A DNA stretch of 53,182 bases from Nitrospiraceae bacterium (GTDB lineage Bacteria > Nitrospirota > Nitrospiria > Nitrospirales > Nitrospiraceae): NCBI GenBank assembly GCA_037442105.1, contig JBBIQV010000017.1:1-53182 (forward strand). Direction: 5' to 3'. The translations under genes and the position numbers were made by a program. Below, one piece after another: positions 1-7,650 of the stretch (position 1 is the stretch's first letter; each line of letters opens with the position of its first letter). Under the pieces are notes generated by a model. That model searched no databases. It was given only the letters and a program-made list of their open reading frames with translations, and was not told the origin of the DNA.

Positions 1-530
1 GCGGACAGTGCCCAGGCGAACCCCATTGTGGCAATCAGTAGCGGCAGGATGACCAGCGGAAAGAAGACAGCAGTCCAGGGCAATGAGAAGGTCAAAATGA
101 GTTGCGCGATCAGCAGCACCGCCAAGCTAATCATGGCATGAAACAAAGCTGAGCCCATGGCGACCCACGGCAGAATCTCCAGCGGGAACACCACCTTCTT
201 GACATAGTTCACATTGGAGAGGATGAGGCCTGGGGCACGATTGACGCATTCGGCGAACAAACCGTGCACGATCATGCCGACAAAGAGCATCATGGCAAAA
301 CTGGCCTTGCTTTCCTCGCCCGCGATCCCCCAGCGAGCCTTGAACACGACGGAAAAGACGAACGTATAGACTACCAGCATGAGCACGGGGTTGAAGAAAG
401 ACCAGGCAAGCCCCATGACCGAACCACGGTATCGCCCCATGACTTCACGTTTGGTCGAAGTAAGGATTAGCTGGCGGTTCCGCCAGAGACTTGTCACCAT
501 TTCACGAGGAGACGTGCGAAAGTGTTGCAT
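1..530 (-). CDS. wzm: ABC transporter permease (O-antigen/LPS export Wzm), second paralogue; runs off window edge
   Basis: Not in the ORF track. Manual translation from ATG at 530 gives MQHFRTSPREMVTSLWRNRQLILTSTKREVMGRYRGSVMGLAWSFFNPVLMLVVYTF, collinear with the Wzm at 7487-8314. Confidence 0.9.
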   Translation of the reverse strand, partial: MQHFRTSPREMVTSLWRNRQLILTSTKREVMGRYRGSVMGLAWSFFNPVLMLVVYTFVFSVVFKARWGIAGEESKASFAMMLFVGMIVHGLFAECVNRAPGLILSNVNYVKKVVFPLEILPWVAMGSALFHAMISLAVLLIAQLILTFSLPWTAVFFPLVILPLLIATMGFAWALS

Positions 531-574
531 CAGACAAAGATCTTAACGTTCTTGGCCAAACGGGAGTGGTGATC

Positions 575-695
575 CTGTACGCTCGTCGTTCGTGGCCGGA
601 TTCGTCGCTCGTCTCGACAACCTCCTCAACCCGTCGCGCTTTTCTCGCGACTCCCGCCAGTCTCGCGCGATACGCTTCACGCTTCACGCGAACAG
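575..695. repeat. Degenerate heptamer repeat array (GCTTCAC/CGTGAAG type)
   Basis: tacgcttcacgcttcacgcg at ~671-690 and gctcgtcgttcgtg...ttcgtcgctcgtctcga at ~581-617. Confidence 0.5.
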
Positions 696-704
696 GCTTC
701 CAGG

Positions 705-738
705 AGATTTCGTGACGAACCGTCATGAATACTGTGGG
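705..738 (-). mobile_element. Degenerate single end of the MITE found at 3826-4014
   Basis: Minus strand CCCACAGTATTCATGACGGTTCGTCACGAAATC vs MITE left end CCCGCATTATTCATGACGGTTCGTGGCGAAATC. Confidence 0.75.
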
Positions 739-814
739 CTCAGCGCTGCGATAGCCATTCCGGGTTGTCCGATCGCTCATCACCCGTCACCGTATACTAT
801 TCACACAGCACAGT

Positions 815-1155
815 TCAAGCAGCCTTGAGCGTAAAATTCACCCGCACCGCATCATACGGAAACTCGATCTTGCCATTGGCGGCCCGGCGCAGGATGCCGG
901 CATCGAGCAGTGCACGCATTCGCCTTGCACGGCCTTCACGGCGCGCCGCACGCGGCGCGCCGCGTCGCGGATGCTCATCGACCCCGCGCCGGCCATCGCG
1001 CGCAGGATGTCCCTGCGCCAGGCCGTAAGCACGCTCCACAAAAGTTCCGGGGTCGCGAAGCTCAGATAGGCACCCTGCTTCCTCTCGCCGAACGCCGCCA
1101 AGGTGCGCCGAGTCACGGCCTCGCGCGAGGCCACCTCAAGTGTCACGGTTCTCAT
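815..1155 (-). pseudogene. HVO_A0114-family winged-helix antitoxin/regulator (TumA-like), frameshifted
   Basis: N-part MRTVTLEVAS...SFATPELLWSVLT...MSIRDAARRVRRAVKAVQG and C-part ALLDAGIL...IEFPYDAVRVNFTLKAA lie in different frames. Span is 341 nt, consistent with a 1-nt deletion near 918. Confidence 0.8.
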
Positions 1156-1189
1156 GTTTGCGTCTCCATTTGTCCACATCGGCCCAGAA
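1136..1189 (-). pseudogene. C-terminal relic of a DUF6516/TumE-like toxin
   Basis: Reads FWADVDKWRRKHENRDT* overlapping the antitoxin start, the usual toxin position; the rest of the gene is absent. Confidence 0.55.
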
Positions 1190-1235
1190 ATAACAACAGA
1201 GCCCTCATGGGGTCAAACAATCCAACACGGGATAT

Positions 1236-1409
1236 CTACCGTGGACTCCTCGGGTGACGGCATCGGTTCATCCGCACCACCGCCGGAAACGACCCGTGCA
1301 CCAAGGCGAGGAGAATTTCTGGTCTGTTGTGGAGCAGATTGCTCAGTTGTTGAATCAGCCGATCCCGCTGTTCGACCGGCACCCTTCGTGGCCGTGGTTG
1401 CATCATCAT
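1236..1409 (-). pseudogene. Truncated minimal nucleotidyltransferase (MNT) N-terminus
   Basis: EQRDRLIQQLSNLLHNRPEILLALVHGSF matches an MNT N-terminus with GS motif; no DxD follows. Confidence 0.6.
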
Positions 1410-1601
1410 CGTTTGATCCGGCATTGCCGTGCTTGCGCTGTTGACCAGATCTTCAACACTCTCACTTAAACCACTCCGCCCGGTCGAACGTGCCCCCCTG
1501 CCGGCCTTTTCCATAAAGGATCGGCATCCCGTCGAACAGCCAAGGTCTTGTTGAACCGAGAGTCTTGAACCGCGCGAGTCGGTACATGCTTGCGTGATCC
1601 A

Positions 1602-2765
1602 TCAACCAGCAAGAGGCAGAAGACGTTCGACCATTAAGGCAGGACTCATGACATGCACGTTCTCGGCCAAGGGATACTCCGTCTCAACTGGAGCAACCAC
1701 ATAGGCCGCCTCAGGTTTCACGTCGGCGAGTGCCTGCCAGAATCCCTTGGTCGGCGCAGGCGCCGTACTGAGTTTCATCTCGAATGCCAATCGGCGACTG
1801 CCTCTCTCGGCCACGACATCCACTTCCGCCCCTGCCGCTGTCCGATAAAACGACAGCCGCCAGGCCGGCCCCAACACCCGAATGAGTTGCTCCACGATCC
1901 AGCCTTCCCAGGAAGCCCCGGCGACCGGATGGCCGTACAGCTCATCCACGCTTCGAATCCCCAACAAACAATGGAGTAACCCACTGTCCTGGATGTACAC
2001 TTTCGGCGACTTGGTCAGGCGCTTCCCGAGGTTCGCCGTCAGCGGCAGCAGGCGACGCACCATGTAGGTCGACTCCAGGATTTCCAGGTAATGCTGCATG
2101 GTCGGCGCCGAGACCCCGAATGAGGACGCGAGGCGGGATGCATTCCACAGCTGCCCATGGCTGTGGGCCAGCATCTGCCAGAATCGTCGCAGATGGAGTC
2201 CGGGGACGCGAATCCCGAACGTAGGAAGATCCCGCTCCAAGTGTGTTTGAATAAACGCCTCGCGCCAGTCGAAGGAGTCCGCATCGCTGCTTGCCAGCCA
2301 ACTTAACGGATAGCCTCCACGACCCCAAAAGGAGGCTAGACGTTCTCCTTGCGGCCGTATGTCCCCCAGATCGAAGGGACCGAGTTCGTGAAAGATAACT
2401 CGACCGGCCAACGACTCGGAAGCCTGGCGCAATAAGGCCGGTGACGCAGAACCCAGCAAGAGAAACCGCCCTGGTCGCCTGTCTTGATCGATGAGAACCC
2501 GCAAGACTGCAAACAGTTCCGGCGAGCGTTGCACTTCGTCTAAGACGACCAAACGGTCCGCGAGACGCGACAGAAAGAGTTCTACATCGGCCAATTTGGC
2601 AAGATCCGCAGGCCGCTCGAGATCGAGATGAATACTGCGAGGAAACTCCGCCGCAATGGCCTTGGCTAATGTCGTCTTTCCAACTTGTCGCGGTCCGACA
2701 AGAACCACGGCCGGAAACCGGTACAATGACCCTATAATGGTGGATTGCGTGCGGCGATGAATCAC
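1602..2765 (-). CDS. AAA+ ATPase (AAA_14 + DUF4143 type)
   Basis: Walker A GPRQVGKT, Walker B VVLDEVQ, FLLLGSAS, KRLTKSPKVY, C-terminal YRTAAGAEVD..FEMK. Confidence 0.9.
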   Translation of the reverse strand: MIHRRTQSTIIGSLYRFPAVVLVGPRQVGKTTLAKAIAAEFPRSIHLDLERPADLAKLADVELFLSRLADRLVVLDEVQRSPELFAVLRVLIDQDRRPGRFLLLGSASPALLRQASESLAGRVIFHELGPFDLGDIRPQGERLASFWGRGGYPLSWLASSDADSFDWREAFIQTHLERDLPTFGIRVPGLHLRRFWQMLAHSHGQLWNASRLASSFGVSAPTMQHYLEILESTYMVRRLLPLTANLGKRLTKSPKVYIQDSGLLHCLLGIRSVDELYGHPVAGASWEGWIVEQLIRVLGPAWRLSFYRTAAGAEVDVVAERGSRRLAFEMKLSTAPAPTKGFWQALADVKPEAAYVVAPVETEYPLAENVHVMSPALMVERLLPLAG

Positions 2766-2894
2766 CGGTGCATATTAAAAGTCTGCATTGTAATTTACAA
2801 GGATATTCTTGACCATTGATCATACGCCCGCCGCTTCGCAGGCAAGATGATGTAACACTTTTCAATATGTCATCAGGCATAAAACAACGGGATG

Positions 2895-3025
2895 GGGAGA
2901 CATTGGCCACCCTCCCGGTCCTCCACCTTCCAGTAAAGGTGGACCAGCAGAGTGCGAAACCTGGCCATTTTGCTCATTCGCACTGTGAGATCCTGCGATA
3001 CGCCGATAATGAGTCGCCGGTCGCG
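2895..3025 (-). pseudogene. Internal fragment of a HepT/DUF86 HEPN RNase toxin
   Basis: Manual translation GVSQDLTVRMSKMARFRTLLVHLYWKVED carries the R-x4-H-x-Y HEPN motif; no intact N- or C-terminus. Confidence 0.7.
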
Positions 3026-3040
3026 AACAGCCAAACGCTC

Positions 3041-3442
3041 TCAGCTTGTCACAATCCGGCTCAGATACTGCTCAACCGCCTCGACAAACGCCTCCGCTTC
3101 GTGAACCGCGCGGCGCGCCGTGTCTTCATCCAAGTAGGAGAGGGCGTCGTAGTCCCCGGCCTCGCGGTCATCCTTCAGATTGGACAAGAATTTTCCCCAC
3201 TTCTTGTCCAGTTTTCCGGTTTTCACCAACAGGAGCCCGAAGAGCATCACCACGCCTTTGTGGGTGTCGCCGCGTTGTCCCTCGGTCAAGAGGGCTGCTT
3301 GCGCCGCATGGTAGGCGGCATAGTACGCGCGGGAGATCGCGTCGTCCCACTCTCCCTTGGCACAGAGGTCGCGGGCGACCCGGACCTTCTCGCGCGCTTT
3401 GGCCACATAGCCCCGGAGTAACTCCTGTTGCGCCTTATCCAA
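3041..3442 (-). CDS. HEPN domain protein (UPF0332-like), partner of upstream MNT
   Basis: AISRAYYAAYHAA, THKGV, REAGDY motifs; overlaps the MNT stop. Confidence 0.88.
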   Translation of the reverse strand: MDKAQQELLRGYVAKAREKVRVARDLCAKGEWDDAISRAYYAAYHAAQAALLTEGQRGDTHKGVVMLFGLLLVKTGKLDKKWGKFLSNLKDDREAGDYDALSYLDEDTARRAVHEAEAFVEAVEQYLSRIVTS

Positions 3443-3761
3443 CGATGATTCCCTCCCGATTCACATGCTGCATAAACGGCGTCTGCAAGGCTTGCAGTCT
3501 GGCAAATTCCTGTTCCGGAAACACCTTCAACGACACTAAACGCCCGTGCGCCAGCAGGACGTCCATCACCGCGTCATAGAGCACGTCAAGCAGCGCATCG
3601 TCCTTGTGAGACACGACCAGGAGGAGATCGTAATCCGAGTCGAGCCGATGGGTCCCTCTTGCGCGCGACCCAAACAGGATGAGTCGTTGGATGCGCGGAC
3701 GGACCGGGGTGATCCGCTCCAAGAATTCGTTCAGAATGAGGTCGTCTTTGACGGTTTGCAT
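3435..3761 (-). CDS. Minimal nucleotidyltransferase (MNT antitoxin)
   Basis: ILFGSRARG...DSDYDLLLV; C-terminal REGI. Confidence 0.9.
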   Translation of the reverse strand: MQTVKDDLILNEFLERITPVRPRIQRLILFGSRARGTHRLDSDYDLLLVVSHKDDALLDVLYDAVMDVLLAHGRLVSLKVFPEQEFARLQALQTPFMQHVNREGIIVG

Positions 3762-3825
3762 CGCATCCCTTGGGCGTTCATCCTCCCCTGAACCCTCGTG
3801 AATTTTGCGGGATTGGACCCCTTAG

Positions 3826-4014
3826 CCCGCATTATTCATGACGGTTCGTGGCGAAATCGCGCAGTCGCGTTGCGAGACGGGCACGCGGAGCCCCGAGAAA
3901 CCGAGGCATACTTGAAACAGTATGTCGAGGTTGCGAAGGGCGAGCCTGCCCGCCGAAGGCTTGTCGCAGCAGCGAATCCGCGATTGCAGCAGAAGCGTTC
4001 ATGAATAATGCGGG
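3826..4014. mobile_element. 189-bp MITE with 16-bp perfect terminal inverted repeats and TTAG target duplication
   Basis: CCCGCATTATTCATGA...TCATGAATAATGCGGG flanked by TTAG at 3822-3825 and 4015-4018; the paralogous empty site has a single TTAG at 7031-7034. Confidence 0.92.
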
Positions 4015-4453
4015 TTAGACTTGCCCCGCTTCGATTCGTTCCACACGGGTCTCTAATGCGAGCATTTTCTCCTCCACAGCGCGGATGCGACGATCAAGCT
4101 CCGCATTAGGAAAATTTGATCATGGCGCCTAATTCGCGCTCCGTGTGCTCTATCTTCTCCACAATGCGCGCCTGGCCGTCCACAAGGATCTGATGGCCTT
4201 CCGCCACCTGTCGGATTTCGCTCCTGAGCCCCTCAGCCAGCACGCCGAAATAACGCTTCATCTCTTCGAATTTGCCATCGATGCTGGTGAACCGTTCATC
4301 GATATGCGTAAACCGGCCGTCCATCGTCTCGAGCCGGCCGTCGATGCGCGCAAACTGCCCGTCCATCGAATCCAGCCGCCCATCGATCGCGGCCAATCGC
4401 TGCTCTACAATGCCGAACTTGTTTTCCAGGAATTCTCTCGTTTCCTTATCCAT
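4015..4453 (-). pseudogene. Small coiled-coil (heptad repeat) protein, copy A, disrupted by a 1-nt insertion
   Basis: Paralogue of 7031-7405; ccgcattagg vs ccgcatagg creates TAA at 4106. Confidence 0.8.
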
Positions 4454-4534
4454 ACACCTCCCTCGCGAAGCCCACCAACATCCGCCGGCAAGCTCGACTA
4501 TAAGGGTTACAGCCCCGCCGTTGTCGGAACACGA

Positions 4535-4690
4535 TCACAGGACATCGGCAAACCCTTTCCGTGTTTTCCGGAACCAGACAAAGCCGCACCAGGCAATGGC
4601 GAAACTGGCCTGGATGACGCACTCCCCTAATCCGGCATCCTGTCCCGGATCAGGACATTGCGCGCGGCTTCGATGACGGTGGTGAGCAGA
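4535..4690 (-). pseudogene. Decayed wzm 3' tail (about 50 codons)
   Basis: LTTVIEAARNVLIRDRMPD* then AIAWCGFVWFRKTRKGFADVL*, vs LTLIIEEARNVLIWGKIPDW...VMAWMGFWWFQKTRKGFADVL* in intact wzm. Confidence 0.88.
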
Positions 4691-4721
4691 TACATAGCAG
4701 CCGTCAAATGTCGCGTCATGG

Positions 4722-4988
4722 TCATGAGGCAATCTCTTGAATGACCGGCTCTTCAAGCCTGGAATGCACCGGTTTTAACCCCTTCACGTGCACGTAGACC
4801 ACTGCTTGCCACTGTTCACGCTGCCGCTTGGCTAACTCGGCTGCCCACGCATTAAAGGCTTCATCCCCTTCAACCTGAATGACCACCTGGGCTCCGAGAG
4901 GGATCTGCGCAGCGAACTCAGGGTGCTCCATGACATAACGGTCGAATTCCGTCACTAGCAACGCTTGTTTTTTCTCGTACACGTTCAC
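4722..4988 (-). CDS. DUF5647-like small protein, putative antitoxin
   Basis: LLVTEFDRYVMEHPEFAAQIP.GAQVV pattern; GTGA overlap with upstream ORF. Confidence 0.65.
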   Translation of the reverse strand: MNVYEKKQALLVTEFDRYVMEHPEFAAQIPLGAQVVIQVEGDEAFNAWAAELAKRQREQWQAVVYVHVKGLKPVHSRLEEPVIQEIAS

Positions 4989-5270
4989 GGCCACTCTCCT
5001 CTTAGAAAACGATCCTGATATCCTTCCCACCGCTCCTGAACATCTTCGTCCGCAAGTGTCAAGGCCTCCGCAAACGACAGCGGCAACAACTCCTTGCGTG
5101 ACTCGCCTGATCGGCGATACCAGTCTATATGCGCGAATCCATGCATCGAATCATACCGAAGGACCGGACGCCACTGTTCCTCAATGAACACTTCAAGCTG
5201 AACGACAAATGAGATAACCGTTCCTCCGACTGTCTCATGGCTATGTCGTTTCCGTGCATTTTCCCCCAAA
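4985..5270 (-). CDS. DUF7718/TumE-like putative toxin; native 5' end apparently replaced by repeats
   Basis: FVVQLEV...WRPVLRYDSMHGFAHID motif. The frame stays open upstream to 5452, but that part is REP-like repeat sequence. Confidence 0.6.
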
Positions 5271-5272
5271 TG

Positions 5273-5487
5273 CCCCCTCGCCTTCTCCTCTCCCCAAGCG
5301 GAGGGGAGAAAACCGTGCGCGAACAGCGATGTCGTTGGTGACTTGTGAGCAGTGCCCACTTTCCCCCTCACCCTAGCCCTCTCCCGCCAGGGGAGAGGGG
5401 AATTGAACACCTTCACGCTGACCCACGGGGGACGAGGGCGTTTGCGCTCCAACAGTAGTGGTCTTCTCCTGCGAGGGAGGAGGGGAG
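5273..5487. repeat. Three REP-like palindromic units
   Basis: 5273-5310 (degenerate), 5363-5400 CCCCTCACCCTAGCCCTCTCCCGCCAGGGGAGAGGGG, 5461-5487 (degenerate). Confidence 0.75.
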
Positions 5488-5502
5488 TCCTTCACGAGAC
5501 TC

Positions 5503-5535
5503 TCACAGGACATCGGCAAATCCCTGGTTGCGCCA
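5503..5535 (-). pseudogene. Third, very short wzm 3' tail
   Basis: Minus strand AACCAGGGATTTGCCGATGTCCTGTGA = NQGFADVL*, the same terminus as at 4535 and 7487. Confidence 0.7.
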
Positions 5536-5638
5536 GAAGCTGGGGGCCATTCTTGTCGGGCCTGGCTGGAGGACCAGGAGGGTTGCCACGGTGGTGAACG
5601 TAATCCAAACCGGGCCCTTGGTCAACGCACCCACTTCC

Positions 5639-5851
5639 TCAGGCGCCCTGGGTCTGAAGAGTGACACTCACCTCTCCAGGTGGCACCAAGCCACGGGCGG
5701 AGGCACCGAGGAACTCAACACTGACCGGCTCTTTATCTTCGCCATAGCTGACAATCACTCCTCCTGGTTCCTCGATCGCATCCACCGGTGGGCTGTCGCG
5801 GAGCAGCAACAGCAGCACGTCGGCTTCGGGATCATACCGGATTTTCAGCAT
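5639..5851 (-). CDS. DUF2283 domain protein (antitoxin-type)
   Basis: KIRYDPEADVL...IVSYGEDKEPVSVEFLGAS. Confidence 0.82.
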   Translation of the reverse strand: MLKIRYDPEADVLLLLLRDSPPVDAIEEPGGVIVSYGEDKEPVSVEFLGASARGLVPPGEVSVTLQTQGA

Positions 5852-5950
5852 CTCCAGCACCCTTCCAGTACTTTTCAGTCTTGCTGGTCCAATAGACCGT
5901 CAGAATCTTCCGATTCCCCTCTGCTTCAAGACACGGCACTCGCAGACGCC
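5832..5950 (-). pseudogene. C-terminal relic of a DUF4258-type toxin
   Basis: LRVPCLEAEGNRKILTVYWTSKTEKYW overlaps the DUF2283 start; N-terminus missing. Confidence 0.65.
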
Positions 5951-6007
5951 AGAGGCATGACCTAGAATCCTTCGTTGACACGTGGGCGTCGCTGCGCTTA
6001 CTCCACG

Positions 6008-6400
6008 CTACGTCCCTTGTGCTGACCGCAGTCTACCCAACAAGGTTCTCAGCGCCGGCAGGTAGCCGTTCAACCGTCCGTACACCTTCAGCGCCTCCTG
6101 CGCGCGGTACGTATGGGACATCCTGTTGCGCGCGTCGAGCATATCGAGCCATGGCCCTTCATCATCGATCCAGTTGCTCGCAAAAGCCTGTTTGAAACAG
6201 ACCTTTGGCGCCGTGCATTCCGGCAATCCCATATCTTGAGCGGTGGCTTTCACCGCTTTCCAGGCCAGTTCAAAGGTAAACTCGAAATACTGGATGCAGC
6301 CGGCCTTGATGAGATCATTCTCCGCCGGCACCTTCAGCGCCGCTTCGAGCTGTTGAAGCGCATTCTCAAAGTCCTGAAGTATCCAGGAACTAGCCCTCAT
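6008..6400 (-). CDS. HEPN protein, HI0074-family nucleotidyltransferase substrate-binding subunit
   Basis: AGCIQYFEFTFELAWK and WLDMLDARNRMSHTY (R-x4-H). Confidence 0.9.
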   Translation of the reverse strand: MRASSWILQDFENALQQLEAALKVPAENDLIKAGCIQYFEFTFELAWKAVKATAQDMGLPECTAPKVCFKQAFASNWIDDEGPWLDMLDARNRMSHTYRAQEALKVYGRLNGYLPALRTLLGRLRSAQGT

Positions 6401-6713
6401 AGAGCACTTCTGTATGTTCCATGGCGCGCCGGCGAAACTCCTCATTCACGCGGTTCAGATCCACCCAGTCGATCTTGTAGAGGGTCGGAAGCGTGTCGAA
6501 CATGTCCTCGATGTCGAAGAACGCCTTGAGCGGAAGGGGCTCGGCGCCGTACACGCCCACATCGAAGTCAGCGCGCGGCCTAGCCCTCCCCGCCGCTCTG
6601 GAACCGAACAGGACCACTTTGTGATGTTGCAACAACGGCGCAGCCTGGTGTAGCGTCTGCCGGAGCATGGCCTTGATTTCCGCTTCCCGCTGTGTGGTTG
6701 CCGTGTCATCCAT
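6390..6713 (-). CDS. Minimal nucleotidyltransferase (HI0073-like)
   Basis: VVLFGSRAAG...ADFDVGV, TLYKIDWVDL. Confidence 0.88.
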   Translation of the reverse strand: MDDTATTQREAEIKAMLRQTLHQAAPLLQHHKVVLFGSRAAGRARPRADFDVGVYGAEPLPLKAFFDIEDMFDTLPTLYKIDWVDLNRVNEEFRRRAMEHTEVLYEG

Positions 6714-6739
6714 TGACTGCAGGTTGTTGAACAAATTCG

Positions 6740-6970
6740 CCGGCGGTGTCCTCATCGAGATAGGAAAGGGCTTCATAATCCCATGAGCCTAGTCTCGCGC
6801 AGCGCATCGTCCTTTCGAGACACGACCAGGAGCAGATCATAATCCGAGTCGGGCCGATGGGTCCCCCTTGCGCGCGACCCAAAGAGGATGAGTCGTTGAA
6901 TGCGCGGCTGGACCGGGGTGATCCTCTCCAAGAATTCGTTCAAGACGAGGTCGTCTTTGACTGTTTGCAT
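6740..6970 (-). pseudogene. Deleted copy of the MNT-HEPN pair at 3041-3761
   Basis: MNT N-half matches up to KDDAL and is joined to a HEPN scrap DYEALSYLDEDTA (cf. DYDALSYLDEDTA). Confidence 0.85.
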
Positions 6971-7650
6971 CGCATGCCTTGGGCGTTCATCCTCCCCTGA
7001 ACTCTCGTGAATTTTGCGGGATTGGACCCCTTAGGCTTGCCCCGCTTCGATTCGTTCCACACGGGTCTCTAATGCGAGCATTTTCTCTTCCACAGCGCGG
7101 ATGCGACGATCAAGCTCCGCATAGGAAAATTTGATCATGGCGCCCAATTCGCGCTCCACGTGTTCTACCTTCTCCACAATGCGGGCCTGGCCGTCCAGAA
7201 GGATTTGATGGCCTTCGGCCACCTGTCGGATTTCGCTCCTGAGCCCCTCAGCCAGCACGCCGAAATAACGCTTCGTCTCTTCGAATTTGTCATCAATACC
7301 TGTGAACCGTTCGTCCATCGTCTCGAGCCGCCCGTCGATCGCGGTCAATCGCTGCTCGACGATGCCGAACTTGTTTTCCAGGAATTCTCTCGTTTCCTTA
7401 TCCATACACCTCCCTCGCGCAACCCCCCATCATCCGCCGGCAAGCTCGACTATAAGGGTTACAGCCCAGCCGTTGTCGGAACACGATCAGAGGACATCGG
7501 CGAATCCTTTGCGCGTCTTCTGGAACCACCAGAACCCCATCCAGGCCATGACCAGGCCGGCTCCGAAAGAGATGCCCCACCCCGGCCAGTCCGGTATCTT
7601 GCCCCATATCAGGACATTGCGCGCTTCCTCGATGATGAGGGTGAGCGGAT
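6800..7650. repeat. Copy B of duplicated block
   Basis: Direct repeat of ~3591-4690 without the MITE. Confidence 0.9.
7031..7405 (-). CDS. Small coiled-coil protein of unknown function, intact copy
   Basis: 124 aa, heptad repeats LTAIDGR/LETMDER/FTGIDDK; GGAGG RBS upstream. Confidence 0.75.
   Translation of the reverse strand: MDKETREFLENKFGIVEQRLTAIDGRLETMDERFTGIDDKFEETKRYFGVLAEGLRSEIRQVAEGHQILLDGQARIVEKVEHVERELGAMIKFSYAELDRRIRAVEEKMLALETRVERIEAGQA

Larger units (their letters stand above)
3591..4690. repeat. Copy A of duplicated block (wzm tail - coiled-coil gene - MNT)
   Basis: Near-identical to ~6800-7650 apart from the MITE, three extra heptads and a more diverged wzm tail. Confidence 0.9.

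Noticed and set aside
502..783. 93-aa minus-strand ORF
   Set aside because: Made of a MITE end and heptamer repeats and overlaps the wzm start; no recognisable domain.
3798..4004. 68-aa ORF as a possible transposase
   Set aside because: Lies almost wholly inside the 189-bp MITE; too short, no DDE/HUH motif.
5560..5638. Possible internal wzm relic (CVDQGPGL vs CVNRAPGL)
   Set aside because: Match too short and weak to support by eye.
531..7487. Integron, prophage or CRISPR interpretation of the TA zone
   Set aside because: No integrase, no recognisable attC sites, no phage genes, no regular repeat-spacer array.
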